A DNA stretch of 64,000 bases from an uncultured Pelagibacteraceae bacterium (GCA_902617525.1 CACMWW010000005.1:17135-81134), one strand, 5' to 3'; counted from the stretch's first letter, positions 7,036 through 18,173 are shown. Made by a program: numbers and translations. Notes: generated by a model not told the origin, from the letters alone.

Positions 7036-8826
7036 ATGCAAAAAATTTTACTTGTATTTTTAATATTATTTTTCTCACTAAAAAATTCATATTCTGACAA
7101 TAATATTAAGGATAATTCTCCAGAAATATTTGAAGGAATCTCAGTAGAGCTTGATAGATTAGAAATTCAAGAGTCACTCAATCTCAAAAAAAATGGAAAA
7201 TCTGTTTCAAGTAAAAACTGGATGATTGTTACGGCAAACGCCTATGCTTCAGCTGCTGGGGCAAAAATATTACAATCTGGAGGTACAGCAGCAGATGCAA
7301 TGGTTGCAGCTCAATCTGTGTTAGGCTTAGTCGAGCCTGAGTCATCAGGAATTGGTGGGGGTAGTTTCTTATTATGGTATGACGGTGTAACGGGTAAAAT
7401 AGTTACTTTAGATGGTCGTGAGACTGCACCACAAAACTCAACTTCAAATCAATTTCTAAAAAGTGATGGAACTAAAATGAAGTTTTTTGATGCTGTCATA
7501 GGTGGTTTATCAGTCGGTACACCTGGTACTCTTGCGTTAATGTTTGATGCTCAAAAGAAATGGGGTAATCAAAACTGGGAAAACCTCTTTGATGAAGCAA
7601 TTTTCCTAAGTAAAAATGGTTTTAAAGTTTCAAAAAAATTATCCTCATCAATTGAAAGAGATAAAGATAGACTTAGCAAAATAGATAAAACGAAAGAATA
7701 TTTTTTTCCAAACGGGAATGGTTTAAAGCACAAGCAGGTATTGAAGAATTATGCTTATGCAAGCACAATGCAAAACATTGCTAACAATAACATTGAAGAT
7801 TTCTATAAAGGATCAATTGCGCAGGACATTATTAGCACAGTAAAAAATCACACCAAAAATCCTGGCTTTCTAGAAGCTGAAGATTTGGTCAACTATAATG
7901 TAATAGAAAGAGATCCAGTTTGTGTAAACTATAAGGTATACAAAATATGTGGTATGGGCCCACCATCGTCTGGAGGAGTAGCAGTCGCGCAAATATTGAA
8001 AATTTTAGAGTCTTATGATCTTCAGTCTCTGGGCTATTCAAATCCTATAACATGGCAAATAATTGGAGATGCGACTCGTCTTGCATTTGCTGATCGCGAT
8101 CGATACTTGGCAGATAGTGATTATGTCAGTGTACCTTTGTCTGGTCTTTTAAATGACAATTATCTGATTGAAAGGTCAAATAAAATTAAAGTTGGAAAAA
8201 AAACTGAAAATGTAACCTCAGGTAAACCGTCTAACGACTTTGTTTACAATTACGGAATAGACAACTCATTAGAGCTGCAATCTACAACGCATATTTCAAT
8301 TTATGATCAGTATGGAAACGCACTCTCGATGACATCGTCAATTGAGAATGCATTCGGATCAAGATTGATGACGGAAAGTGGTTTTTTACTTAATAATCAA
8401 CTTACTGATTTTTCATTTAATGAAAGAATTGATGACAAGCTGATTGCAAATAGATTAGAGCCCGGGAAAAGGCCAAGATCATCAATGGCACCAACAATAG
8501 TATTAAAAGATGGAAAACCAATAATTATTATTGGCTCACCAGGAGGTAGCAATATTATCAACTTTGTAGTCAATTCAATTATCTCATTACTCGAATGGGA
8601 TATGAATATTCAAGAAGCAGTCTCTCATCCTCACGCTATTAATAGATGGGGGAAATTTGAAATAGAAGAATCTTCATACTCTTCAAACCTTGAGAACTCT
8701 CTAAAGAATATGGGATACGATACTAAAATAAGAAAATACTATTCAGGCCTAAATGGAATATTCATTGATACTGAAATTTATGGAGGCTCAGACCCTAGAC
8801 GTGAGGGAATTGCATTGGGCAATTAA
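7036..8826 (+). CDS. ggt: Gamma-glutamyltranspeptidase
   Basis: GGT motifs are present (GGTAADAMVAA, SGIGGG, autoprocessing TTH in STTHISI, GSPGGS). I prefer the start at ATG 7036, which gives a signal peptide MQKILLVFLILFFSLKNSYS. The track start at 6949 adds a non-signal N-terminal extension. Confidence 0.9.
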   Translation: MQKILLVFLILFFSLKNSYSDNNIKDNSPEIFEGISVELDRLEIQESLNLKKNGKSVSSKNWMIVTANAYASAAGAKILQSGGTAADAMVAAQSVLGLVEPESSGIGGGSFLLWYDGVTGKIVTLDGRETAPQNSTSNQFLKSDGTKMKFFDAVIGGLSVGTPGTLALMFDAQKKWGNQNWENLFDEAIFLSKNGFKVSKKLSSSIERDKDRLSKIDKTKEYFFPNGNGLKHKQVLKNYAYASTMQNIANNNIEDFYKGSIAQDIISTVKNHTKNPGFLEAEDLVNYNVIERDPVCVNYKVYKICGMGPPSSGGVAVAQILKILESYDLQSLGYSNPITWQIIGDATRLAFADRDRYLADSDYVSVPLSGLLNDNYLIERSNKIKVGKKTENVTSGKPSNDFVYNYGIDNSLELQSTTHISIYDQYGNALSMTSSIENAFGSRLMTESGFLLNNQLTDFSFNERIDDKLIANRLEPGKRPRSSMAPTIVLKDGKPIIIIGSPGGSNIINFVVNSIISLLEWDMNIQEAVSHPHAINRWGKFEIEESSYSSNLENSLKNMGYDTKIRKYYSGLNGIFIDTEIYGGSDPRREGIALGN

Positions 8827-8839
8827 AATAGCTTTAAAA

Positions 8840-8929
8840 TGGCGGAAAGGATGGGATTCGAACCCACGATACGGTCACCCGCATACACGCTTTCCAAGCG
8901 TGCGCCTTCAACCACTCGGCCACCTTTCC
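8840..8929 (-). tRNA. tRNA-Ser (anticodon GGA), class II with long variable arm, CCA encoded
   Basis: Minus strand reads GGAAAGGTGGCCGAGTGG...CACGC-TTGGAAA-GCGTG...GTGGGTTCGAATCCCAT-CCTTTCC-G-CCA. It has a 7-bp acceptor stem, a GGA anticodon in the 7-nt loop, a long variable stem and a canonical T-loop. Confidence 0.93.
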
Positions 8930-10729
8930 TTATTCAACTTTTAAAGCAGCAATAAAGGCCTCTTGTGGAATATCAACCTTACCGTATGTTCTAAGTCTCT
9001 GTTTTCCTTTTTTCTGCTTATCAAGTAATTTTCTTTTTCTATCAGTAGCTCCACCTCCATGTATTCTCTCAATAACATTTTTTCGATATCCTCTAACAGT
9101 TTCGCGAGCAATAATCTTTCCACCAATTGCTGCCTGAATTGGAATATGGAATTGATGACGAGGAATTAATTCCTTTAATTTTTCACAAACGGCTCGACCT
9201 TTTTTTTCGGAAAAGCTTCGATGAACAATGATAGATAGTGCATCTACTGACTCATCGTTTACTAATATGCTTAGTCTTACCAAATCACTTTCAACATACT
9301 CATCAATCTCATAATCAAAACTTGCATATCCACTAGAAATTGACTTTAAGCGGTCGTAAAAATCAAAAACAATTTCATTTAAAGGTAATTTATAATTTAG
9401 AATTACTCTTGATCCAGAATAAGATAATTCTGTTTGCATTCCTCTCTTGTCTTCACAGAGAGATATGATGCTACCTAAATATTCATCAGGACAAATAATT
9501 GTTGCTTTTATCCATGGTTCAGAGATACTTTTAATTTTCATAACATCAGGCATGTCTGCAGGATTATGTAATTCAAGTGAGCCTCCATCATTTAAAACTA
9601 AATTATAAATAACGCTCGGAGCTGTAGTTATTAAATCTAAATTGAATTCTCTATCAAGTCTTTCAACAATAATCTCTAAATGTAATAATCCAAGAAAACC
9701 ACATCTAAAACCCATCCCAAGAGCTGCTGAGGTTTCTTGTTCGAAATGAAAACTGGAGTCGTTAAGCTTTAACTTAGCTAATGCGTCTTTTAAGAATTTA
9801 AAATCAGCTGCATTTGTTGGAAATAAACCACAAAATACTACAGGCTGGCTTGGCTTGAAACCAGGTAAAGGCTCTGTTTGTTTGTCATTCGCCAGTAATA
9901 TTGTATCCCCTACCTTAGTTTGGGCTACTTCTTTAATTGCAGCAGTTATAAAACCTAATTCACCAGTCTTGATGTACTCATTATCAATCATTTTCGGTGT
10001 GAAACAGCCAATTCTTTCTATTAAATGTTTTGTATTAGTTTGATGAAAACGAACCTCCATACCTTTTTTTAGAATTCCATCTATTACACGAACCAATATT
10101 ACAACACCCAGGTAGGCATCATACCAACTATCTACTAACATTGCTTTTAATTTTTTACTTTCATCACCTGAAGGAGATGGTAATTCGTTGACAATATTTT
10201 CTAAGACTTCTTCAATGCCAAGACCTGATTTAGCCGAAATTTCAAGTACGTTACTGGTATCAATACCTAAAATATCTTCTATCTGTTTTTTTACTCTCTC
10301 AGGGTCCGCTGCTGGTAAATCTATTTTATTTAAAACAGGTATAATTACATGATCATTTTCTATAGCTTGATATAAATTAGCTAATGTTTGAGCTTCAACG
10401 CCCTGACTTGCATCAACAACCAATAGCGATCCCTCGCAAGCAGACAATGATCTGTTAACTTCATAGCTGAAGTCAACATGGCCAGGTGTGTCAATAATAT
10501 TTAGTGTGTACGTTTCACCATTTTTTGCTTTGTATTTTAATTGTACAGTTTGAGCCTTGATTGTTATTCCACGTTCTCTTTCAATATCCATAGAGTCAAG
10601 CACTTGTGCTTTCATTTCTCTTTCAGAAAGCCCTCCACAAAATTGAATCAATCTGTCAGCTAAAGTAGATTTTCCATGATCAATATGAGCGATAATAGAA
10701 AAATTTCTTATGTTTTTAGTGCCAGTCAT
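8930..10729 (-). CDS. lepA: Elongation factor 4 (LepA)
   Basis: 599 aa. [21 protein letters not shown]-domain and a LepA-specific C-terminal domain. Confidence 0.97.
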   Translation of the reverse strand: MTGTKNIRNFSIIAHIDHGKSTLADRLIQFCGGLSEREMKAQVLDSMDIERERGITIKAQTVQLKYKAKNGETYTLNIIDTPGHVDFSYEVNRSLSACEGSLLVVDASQGVEAQTLANLYQAIENDHVIIPVLNKIDLPAADPERVKKQIEDILGIDTSNVLEISAKSGLGIEEVLENIVNELPSPSGDESKKLKAMLVDSWYDAYLGVVILVRVIDGILKKGMEVRFHQTNTKHLIERIGCFTPKMIDNEYIKTGELGFITAAIKEVAQTKVGDTILLANDKQTEPLPGFKPSQPVVFCGLFPTNAADFKFLKDALAKLKLNDSSFHFEQETSAALGMGFRCGFLGLLHLEIIVERLDREFNLDLITTAPSVIYNLVLNDGGSLELHNPADMPDVMKIKSISEPWIKATIICPDEYLGSIISLCEDKRGMQTELSYSGSRVILNYKLPLNEIVFDFYDRLKSISSGYASFDYEIDEYVESDLVRLSILVNDESVDALSIIVHRSFSEKKGRAVCEKLKELIPRHQFHIPIQAAIGGKIIARETVRGYRKNVIERIHGGGATDRKRKLLDKQKKGKQRLRTYGKVDIPQEAFIAALKVE

Positions 10730-10741
10730 AATATTTTTAAT

Positions 10742-13129
10742 TTAGGATCTAACAGTTCCGGAAGTAGACTTTTCCACAGATTTAATTATTTTTGAACTTA
10801 TTTCAGAAATATCATTTTCGGCAAGAGTTTTTTCGTTAGATTGTAATGTAACCTTAATAGCAATAGACTTTTTATCTTTTCCCAGACTATCATCTTCAAA
10901 TAAATCAAAGATTTCAACATTTCTAATTAATTCCTTATCTACCTTAAAGGCTGAAGTAACAACTTCTTCGCTTTTTACTTTTTTATCAATAACAAAGGCA
11001 AAGTCTCTTGTGACAATCTGAAAATCACTTAAGTTAAGTACAGGCTTGTTGGTAGTTTTCTTTTCTGTATTTGGCAGTTCATCAAGGTATAACTCAAATA
11101 TATTTATTTTATTTTTAATCTTAAATTGACTTGCAACTCTTGGATGCAACTCTCCAAAATATCCAGCAATTACCGAATTATTAATTTTTATCGAACCAGA
11201 TCTTCCAGGATGATACCAGGAAGGACAGTCATTAGAGACAGATATTTTTTTGTTACCTGGCATTAAATAGTCAATTAAGGAAGTTAAATCCTGTTTTACG
11301 TCATATATATCAAATATCGTCTGTATATTCTTCCAAGACTTTTCTGTCTTAATTCCAGATTTAATTCCACATGCAACGTTCAATTGATCCTCGGGAGATG
11401 TTGATCTGTACTGACTACCTATCTCAAAGATCGAGAATGAGTCAAAGTTTCTATTCTTGTTTTTTTTAATTGCTTGAAGAAGATTGGGTAGAAGATTAGG
11501 TCTTAATATATCCAGATCCTCTGAGATGGGATTTACAATTTTTAATTTATTTATATCGCCAAATACTTCACAATTTTTTGAGTCTGTGAATGAAAATGTT
11601 ACTAATTCATCATATTCAATTGAAGCAATGAAGTGTCTAGCTTTCATCAACTTCTTTTGTGCGTAATTTAAGATATTTTTATTAATTTTACTTTTTAGTC
11701 TAATATTACTTGTTGGAATATTTTCATATCCTTTAATACGAATAACTTCTTCACTTATGTCAGCTTCTCCGTGAATATCTTGTCTCCAAGAAGGTATTGA
11801 ACATTTAATAACATCACCTGTTTGGCTCGTTTCAATTCCTAAAGAACTGAGTATTGATATCAATTCTTTGTCAGACACTTTAAAACCAAGTCTTTTTGAA
11901 ATATAACTACTAGAAGTTGACACTTCATTTTTATTTTCTTTTATATTTCCAGCCAACTCAACCTCACTGCACTCACCGCCACATATTTCAAGAATTAATT
12001 GTGTTGCAAGGTCTATCCCTTTTAAAGTTGAATTTGGATCAATGCCTCTTTCAAAACGATATCTTGCATCACTTAGAATTGACAAGTTTCTCCCCGTCTT
12101 GGCTGTACTAATCTCATCAAATAAGGCTGATTCAAGTAAAACGTTCTTTGTCTCAGTGCTGCAACCTGTACTTTCGCCTCCCATGATCCCCCCTAAGCCC
12201 AATACTTTCTTTTCATCAGCTATTACGCACATACCATTTTTTAGGTAATAATCTTTTTCATCTAGCGCTAGGAAACTTTCTCCATCATTTGCTGTGCGTA
12301 CTATAATTTTGCCAACTATTTTGTCTGCATCGTAAACGTGAAGTGGCCGGTTCTCGTCATACATTACAAAATTAGTTATATCTACCAGCGCAGATATTGG
12401 CCTTAAACCTATTGACTTAAGTTTATTTTTAAGCCATTCCGGGCTTTCAGTATTCTTTACATTTCTAAAATATCTTCCAGCAAAGGCCGAGCATATTTTA
12501 TTATCTTGTATTTCAATTTTAATTGGTGATTTAAAGGAGCCTTTTTCTCTAGATATTTTTCTCTCTAACAATTCCCCCATGCCAGCTGAAGCAAGATCTC
12601 GAGCAATTCCTTTCACACCTAGACAATCTTGTCGATTTGGAGTGATACCAATTTCTATTACAATATCACTAAGACCATAAATCTCTGAAAAAGATCTTCC
12701 AACAGTTTCTTTTTCCTCAAGTCGAATTATTCCATCATGCTCATTTGAAATACCAAGTTCATATTCTGAACACATCATTCCATAGGATTCTACTCCTCTA
12801 ATCTTGGCAGCTTTAATTTTCATTTGATTAATCGGAATAGTTGAACCAACTGGCGCATAAACTACCTTCATGCCTTTCTCTACATTTGGCGCACCACAAA
12901 CTACATCAACCTTTTCCTTGCCAATATCAACTTTGCATAGTTTCAATTTATCCGCATTTGGGTGTTTTTTTTCTTCAAGCACCTCTCCAACAATAAAATC
13001 CTGATATGCTTTTCCCGTGTCTTGAATATCTTCAACTTCAAGACCGATAGAAGTGAGTTTGTTTTTAATTTCTTCGAAATGAGCATTTGTCTTAAGATGC
13101 TCAGTTAACCACGAATAACTAAATTTCAT
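10742..13129 (-). CDS. pheT: Phenylalanine-tRNA ligase beta subunit
   Basis: 795 aa. MKFSYSWL N-terminus, tRNA-binding, B3/4, B5 and FDX-ACB domains. Immediately follows pheS. Confidence 0.97.
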   Translation of the reverse strand: MKFSYSWLTEHLKTNAHFEEIKNKLTSIGLEVEDIQDTGKAYQDFIVGEVLEEKKHPNADKLKLCKVDIGKEKVDVVCGAPNVEKGMKVVYAPVGSTIPINQMKIKAAKIRGVESYGMMCSEYELGISNEHDGIIRLEEKETVGRSFSEIYGLSDIVIEIGITPNRQDCLGVKGIARDLASAGMGELLERKISREKGSFKSPIKIEIQDNKICSAFAGRYFRNVKNTESPEWLKNKLKSIGLRPISALVDITNFVMYDENRPLHVYDADKIVGKIIVRTANDGESFLALDEKDYYLKNGMCVIADEKKVLGLGGIMGGESTGCSTETKNVLLESALFDEISTAKTGRNLSILSDARYRFERGIDPNSTLKGIDLATQLILEICGGECSEVELAGNIKENKNEVSTSSSYISKRLGFKVSDKELISILSSLGIETSQTGDVIKCSIPSWRQDIHGEADISEEVIRIKGYENIPTSNIRLKSKINKNILNYAQKKLMKARHFIASIEYDELVTFSFTDSKNCEVFGDINKLKIVNPISEDLDILRPNLLPNLLQAIKKNKNRNFDSFSIFEIGSQYRSTSPEDQLNVACGIKSGIKTEKSWKNIQTIFDIYDVKQDLTSLIDYLMPGNKKISVSNDCPSWYHPGRSGSIKINNSVIAGYFGELHPRVASQFKIKNKINIFELYLDELPNTEKKTTNKPVLNLSDFQIVTRDFAFVIDKKVKSEEVVTSAFKVDKELIRNVEIFDLFEDDSLGKDKKSIAIKVTLQSNEKTLAENDISEISSKIIKSVEKSTSGTVRS

Positions 13130-14200
13130 CTAGCTTAAGTCTCCTATGATCGAAGGTATGTTCAAAGGTGAAAAACCATAATGCTTATTCCATCTAAGAT
13201 CACTATCAAAGAAAGTTCTTAAATCACTAATTCCGTATTTGAGCATTGCAAGCCTCTCTATACCCATACCAAATGCATAACCTTGATATTCATTTGAATT
13301 GATATTTACATTTTCAAGCACGTTTGGATGAACCATTCCGCATCCTAAAATTTCCAACCAATCCTCACCCTCTCCAATAATTAATTGATTTCCTTTCTTA
13401 GTGTATCCAATATCAACTTCTGCAGATGGTTCAGTAAAGGGGAAATGACTAGGTCGAAATCTCATATTTAATTTATCAGTCTCAAAAAAAGTCTTGAGGA
13501 ATATTTCTAAACATCCTTTGAGGTGGCTCATGTTGCTTTCTTGATCTATTACTAAACCCTCAACTTGATGGAACATAGGAGAGTGCGTTTGATCATTATC
13601 ACATCTAAAAGTTTTTCCAGGAGCAATTAATCGAATTGGCGGTTTTTGCTTTAACATACTTCTTATTTGAACTGGTGAGGTATGAGTTCGCAGAACGTTT
13701 GGCATTCCATCAGTCTCAGTTTCAACATAAAAAGTATCATGCATTTGTCGAGCAGGGTGGTGTTCAGAAGTATTTAAAGCAGTAAAATTATTGTAATCAG
13801 TTTCAACTTCAGGTCCTTCAGCAACAAAAAAATCTAAGTCGCCAAATATAGTTATAACTTCCTCTATAACCTGACTGATTGGGTGAATAGTTCCGTATGA
13901 CTTTGAAGTAGATAGAGTGATATCTAAAGTTTCAGATTTAAGTTTTTTTTCTAATTCCTCACTATTTAACTCTTCAGTCTTTGAAGCTATTATTTCTAGA
14001 ACAGAGTCTTTAATTTTATTTAATTTTTCAGCATGCTGCTTTCTTTCTTCACCAGAAAGGCTGGCTAGCTCTTTCATTTCGAGAGAAATAATACCTTTCT
14101 TACCAAGAAATTTTATCCTAAATTCATTTATGCTTTCGATATTTGTAAATTTATCTGAAGCTTTTTTAATTTCAGCTTCTAACTCTCTAAAATCTTTCAT
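13130..14200 (-). CDS. pheS: Phenylalanine-tRNA ligase alpha subunit
   Basis: 356 aa with class II aaRS motifs (HPARQMHDTFY, FRCD, GFAFGMGIERLAML). Confidence 0.97.
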   Translation of the reverse strand: MKDFRELEAEIKKASDKFTNIESINEFRIKFLGKKGIISLEMKELASLSGEERKQHAEKLNKIKDSVLEIIASKTEELNSEELEKKLKSETLDITLSTSKSYGTIHPISQVIEEVITIFGDLDFFVAEGPEVETDYNNFTALNTSEHHPARQMHDTFYVETETDGMPNVLRTHTSPVQIRSMLKQKPPIRLIAPGKTFRCDNDQTHSPMFHQVEGLVIDQESNMSHLKGCLEIFLKTFFETDKLNMRFRPSHFPFTEPSAEVDIGYTKKGNQLIIGEGEDWLEILGCGMVHPNVLENVNINSNEYQGYAFGMGIERLAMLKYGISDLRTFFDSDLRWNKHYGFSPLNIPSIIGDLS

Positions 14201-14271
14201 CGTAGAACAACAATATCAGATTTAGTTTTTTCTGTAATAATAATATGCTTGAGAATATGATACCTACTGTA

Positions 14272-14628
14272 TTATTTGGCTGAGGACTGAACCTGTTTTG
14301 CTAAATGCTCAAAAGAAGTAGGTTCATTCATAGCAAGATCAGCTAAAATTTTACGATCTAATTCGATGTTTAATCTTTTAAGACCATTCATGAAAACTGA
14401 ATAAGAAATTCCATGTAATCTAGCTCCAGCATTTATTCTTTGGGTCCAAAGTGATCTAAACTCTCTTTTTTTCACTCTTCGATCACGATAGGCATACTGC
14501 ATTGATTTTTCTACAGCTTGCTTTGCAACTTTAAAAGTATTCTTTCTTCTGCCTCTATATCCTTTGGCTTGCTTGATTACTTTTTTATGTCTTGCGTGTG
14601 CAGTAACTCCTCTTTTAACTCTTGCCAT
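14272..14628 (-). CDS. rplT: 50S ribosomal protein L20
   Basis: 118 aa starting [16 protein letters not shown]. Confidence 0.97.
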   Translation of the reverse strand: MARVKRGVTAHARHKKVIKQAKGYRGRRKNTFKVAKQAVEKSMQYAYRDRRVKKREFRSLWTQRINAGARLHGISYSVFMNGLKRLNIELDRKILADLAMNEPTSFEHLAKQVQSSAK

Positions 14629-14644
14629 TATATCTTCCTATTTA

Positions 14645-14842
14645 TTAAGCGTAGGGTAAAAACTTTTTAACTATTCGGGCATCTTGATCAGATAAAATTG
14701 TAGAACCTCTTTGATTTCTAATCTGATTATTTGTTCTTTTAATCATACCGTGTCTTTTTCCACTTTGGTATGATTTAACTTTACCAGAAGCTGTTAGCCT
14801 AAATCTCTTATTAGCGCCTTTTTTTGTTTTTAATTTACTCAT
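14645..14842 (-). CDS. rpmI: 50S ribosomal protein L35
   Basis: [23 protein letters not shown]... from ATG 14842. The 14 extra N-terminal residues of the track ORF (start 14884) are not L35-like. Confidence 0.92.
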   Translation of the reverse strand: MSKLKTKKGANKRFRLTASGKVKSYQSGKRHGMIKRTNNQIRNQRGSTILSDQDARIVKKFLPYA

Positions 14843-14920
14843 ATTGGATGAACGGTTTATAGACCCTAGGTAAGAAAAAATCAAAAGTTTTTTATTAATG
14901 ATAAGAATTAACTACTGCTG

Positions 14921-15469
14921 CTAATTTGCAGTGAAAATCATGGTAAATTGGCGACCTTCAAGTTTTGGCTCTTGCTCGATTTTACTTGTCGTACCCATTG
15001 TTTCTCGGATTCTTTCCATCAAATTTTCAGCAATATCATGGTGTTCAAACTCTCTACCTTTAAATCGAATGGTAAATTTTACTTTATCACCTGCAGCGAT
15101 AAATTTTTGAGCAGCCTTTACCTTGAAATCGTAATCGTGAACATCAATTCCCGGCCTCATCTTAATTTCTTTAATTGTAATTTCTTTTTGTTTTTTCTTT
15201 GAAGTACTAGCTTTTTTTTGGGCTTCATATTTAAATTTTCCAAAATCAAGAATTTTGCACACAGGGGGGTCAACTTGTGGAGATACCTCAACTAAATCAA
15301 GACCTGCGTCTGAAGCTTTTTGCATTGCCTCATCAGTGTTAACAACTCCTAAGTTGTTACCTTTTTCATCAATTAATCTTACAGTGGAAGAAGTTATAAA
15401 TTCGTTTATGCGAAACTTTGGACCTTTAGTAGATAGCTGGGCTCTGTTATTTTTTCTTTGAAGTGCTAT
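14921..15469 (-). CDS. infC: Translation initiation factor IF-3 with a non-AUG start (ATA 15469, or ATT 15475)
   Basis: The frame stays open upstream of the track's Met. It encodes ...ALQRKNNRAQLSTKGPKFRINEFITSSTVRLIDEKGNNLGVVNTDEAMQKASDAGLDLVEV, the conserved IF-3 N-domain. AAGGAG lies at 15481-15476, 6 nt before ATA. Confidence 0.88.
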   Translation of the reverse strand: MALQRKNNRAQLSTKGPKFRINEFITSSTVRLIDEKGNNLGVVNTDEAMQKASDAGLDLVEVSPQVDPPVCKILDFGKFKYEAQKKASTSKKKQKEITIKEIKMRPGIDVHDYDFKVKAAQKFIAAGDKVKFTIRFKGREFEHHDIAENLMERIRETMGTTSKIEQEPKLEGRQFTMIFTAN

Positions 15470-15484
15470 TTTAATCTCCTTTAT

Positions 15485-17224
15485 CTATTGATGGGACGGC
15501 ATCATACATTTTTTTTGAAAAAAATCATTTAATTTTTCAAATTTAATTTTTTCTTGCTTATCATTACCAAACTCCCTCAATGTTACAGTATTGTCTTCCA
15601 TTTCATTTTTACCTAGGATTAATTGATAAGGTATTTTTTTTAGAGAGTTTTCTCTGATTTTATAGCTTATCTTCTCATTTCTTAAGTCCTTTTCAACTCT
15701 AATACCATTATTTTTAAGAGATGAAAAAACACTCTCTGCATATTCGTTTATGTCAGAAGTAATCGGCGCTACTACAGCTTGAACTGGTGACAACCAAATA
15801 GGCAAATTACCGGCGTAATGCTCTATTAAAATTCCAATAAAACGCTCTAAAGATCCAAATAATGCTCTGTGTAACATAACCGGGTTGTGCTTTAAACCAT
15901 CTTCGCCTACATAAGAAGCATCAAGTCTTTCAGGTAAATTTAGATCTACTTGTAACGTTCCACACTGCCATTCTCTTCCAATTGCGTCTTTGAGAATAAA
16001 TTCTAATTTTGGTCCATAAAATGCCCCTTCGCCAGGATTGAATGAATATTTTAATCCTGTAGCTTCCATTGCCTCACGAAGAGCAGCCTCAGATTTATCC
16101 CATACATCATCATTGCCGACTCTTTGTTCAGGACGGTCGGAAAATTTAATTGATACATTTTCAAATCCAAAATCTTTATAAATACTTAAAACTAGATCGC
16201 ATACCTTTTTACTTTCTTCGGTAATTTGGTCTTCAGTGCAAAATATATGTGCATCATCTTGTGTAAATGCCCTGACTCTCATTAAACCATGAAGAGCACC
16301 CGATGGCTCATATCTGTGAACTTTTCCAAACTCAGCAACTCTCAATGGAAGATCTCTGTAACTTTTAAGTCCTTGTTTATAAACTTGTACCCCGCCAGGA
16401 CAATTCATTGGCTTGAGAGCATATACTCGATCTTCTCTTGGTTCAGTAGTAAACATATTGTCACCAAATTTTTCGAGATGCCCTGATTTTACCCACAAGG
16501 ACTTATCCATTATATCTGGCGTATTAATTTCTTCATAGCCAGCTTCTTCCTGACGTTTTCGCATATAATCTATGAGTGTTCTAAACAAGGTCCAACCATT
16601 GTTATGCCAGAAAACTGAACCTTGAGCTTCCTCTTGAAAATGAAATAAATCTAATTCTCTTCCAAGTTTCCTGTGATCCCTTTTTTCAGCCTCTTTGAGT
16701 ATGTTTAGATAATTATCTAATTCTTCCTGAGACTCCCAAGCAGTTCCATAAATTCTTTGAAGCATAGGGTTGTTTGAATCTCCACGCCAATAAGCACCTG
16801 CTACTTTTGTCAATTTAAATGCTTTTCCAATTTTACCTGTTGATTCTAGATGAGGCCCCTTGCATAGATCAAACCAGTCACCGTGATAGTATACTTTGAG
16901 TTCTTCACTCTCAGGTAAGTCCTTAATAATCTCTACCTTATAGTTCTCTCCTTTATCAGAAAATAGCTTAATCGCATCTTCCCTGCTCATTACTTTGAAT
17001 GAAGTCTTTTCGTCACGATTAACAATCTCTTTCATTTTCTTTTCAATAGTTCCAAGATCTTTTTCGGTAAACGGCTCTTTTCTATCAAAATCATAATAAA
17101 AACCATTTTCAATTACTGGACCAATCGTAACTTGCGTATCAGGAAACAACTCCTGTACAGCCATAGCCAAAACATGGGCTGTATCATGCCTTAAAATATC
17201 AATAAATGGTTCGTTGTTACTCAT
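15485..17224 (-). CDS. thrS: Threonine-tRNA ligase (short form lacking the N-terminal TGS domain)
   Basis: 579 aa. Starts at the editing-domain motif ([14 protein letters not shown]...[12 protein letters not shown]). Class II motifs and the anticodon-binding domain are present. Confidence 0.95.
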   Translation of the reverse strand: MSNNEPFIDILRHDTAHVLAMAVQELFPDTQVTIGPVIENGFYYDFDRKEPFTEKDLGTIEKKMKEIVNRDEKTSFKVMSREDAIKLFSDKGENYKVEIIKDLPESEELKVYYHGDWFDLCKGPHLESTGKIGKAFKLTKVAGAYWRGDSNNPMLQRIYGTAWESQEELDNYLNILKEAEKRDHRKLGRELDLFHFQEEAQGSVFWHNNGWTLFRTLIDYMRKRQEEAGYEEINTPDIMDKSLWVKSGHLEKFGDNMFTTEPREDRVYALKPMNCPGGVQVYKQGLKSYRDLPLRVAEFGKVHRYEPSGALHGLMRVRAFTQDDAHIFCTEDQITEESKKVCDLVLSIYKDFGFENVSIKFSDRPEQRVGNDDVWDKSEAALREAMEATGLKYSFNPGEGAFYGPKLEFILKDAIGREWQCGTLQVDLNLPERLDASYVGEDGLKHNPVMLHRALFGSLERFIGILIEHYAGNLPIWLSPVQAVVAPITSDINEYAESVFSSLKNNGIRVEKDLRNEKISYKIRENSLKKIPYQLILGKNEMEDNTVTLREFGNDKQEKIKFEKLNDFFQKKCMMPSHQ

Positions 17225-17249
17225 AGAATTTAAGTATTATATCATGTAT

Positions 17250-18173
17250 CTATAAATGAGAATCTATTTTATCGAAGACTTCTTCTATACTTATATTACT
17301 TATATTTTTGGAAGAAATTGATAAAAAACTGCCTGTTACAATGCTTACCTTCTCTGGTGTAGTATGGCCGCCAAATAATGCTAGACCTCTGCAACCTAAG
17401 TGAGCAGCCAAGTGAGCAGGTCCTGTATCATTTGAAATTACATATTTCGCACCTATTAGCAATTTTGCTAATTGAAAAAAATTTGTTGGCTGATTGTTAT
17501 GTAAACACAACTTTACATTATACTTTCTTGCTGCTTTTATTTCTCCTGGTCCTGGAGCAATAACAATATCCATATCAGATAACTTTAATTTAAACTTTGA
17601 AATGAGCTCTTCATAGTAAGGCCAGATCTTTTGATGATGTTTAGGAGAGCAAAAAGGAAATAAGACTATGTAGTTTTTTTTGATTTCGGAAGAAATTTGA
17701 AAGTCATTATCAACCATCCAAGAGACTTGTGGTTTTTCTGAAAACTTAGTATCTATTTTTGCTCTTGATAATTGTAATTTAAATCTTTCTAAAATACTTT
17801 TTTTATCAAATTCTTCTTTTGTTTCATTAAATCTTAACATTGTTCTTGAAGAGATCCATTCAGAAGAAGATAGATACTTTCGGTAAAATTCAGTTCGATG
17901 TGAATTCTGTAAATCAAAAATTCTTTCAAATTTATATTTGGTGAAAAATTTCTTTAATTGATATAGGTAGATTAAATTCCATCGAGACTTCCTCTTATCT
18001 AAAATTACTTCATCAATAAAAGGGCATTTGCCAAAATAATTATTAAATGCCGGTGTCGTTAAGATATATATTTTATGTTTTGAGTAATGCTCTCGAATAT
18101 CTTTTAAACATCCATTTATTTGAATAATATCTCCAAAAGAACCGTGCTTAATTACCAAAATATTTTTAACCAT
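17250..18173 (-). CDS. Glycosyltransferase family 9 (LPS heptosyltransferase-like)
   Basis: 307 aa with ILVIKHGSFGDIIQ N-terminus and SNDTGPAHLAAHLG C-terminal motif. Confidence 0.7.
   Translation of the reverse strand: MVKNILVIKHGSFGDIIQINGCLKDIREHYSKHKIYILTTPAFNNYFGKCPFIDEVILDKRKSRWNLIYLYQLKKFFTKYKFERIFDLQNSHRTEFYRKYLSSSEWISSRTMLRFNETKEEFDKKSILERFKLQLSRAKIDTKFSEKPQVSWMVDNDFQISSEIKKNYIVLFPFCSPKHHQKIWPYYEELISKFKLKLSDMDIVIAPGPGEIKAARKYNVKLCLHNNQPTNFFQLAKLLIGAKYVISNDTGPAHLAAHLGCRGLALFGGHTTPEKVSIVTGSFLSISSKNISNISIEEVFDKIDSHL

Noticed and set aside
8753-8944. 63-aa plus-strand ORF.
   Set aside because: It is the antisense reading of tRNA-Ser plus the ggt 3' end, so it is an artefact.
14201-14271. 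Looked for a Phe-rich leader peptide or attenuator upstream of pheS (as in E. coli pheM). Also looked for an L20-binding pseudoknot upstream of rpmI (14843-14920).
   Set aside because: There is no short Phe-rich ORF, and I could find no convincing hairpin or terminator by eye. Without folding or covariation analysis I cannot exclude a structured leader.
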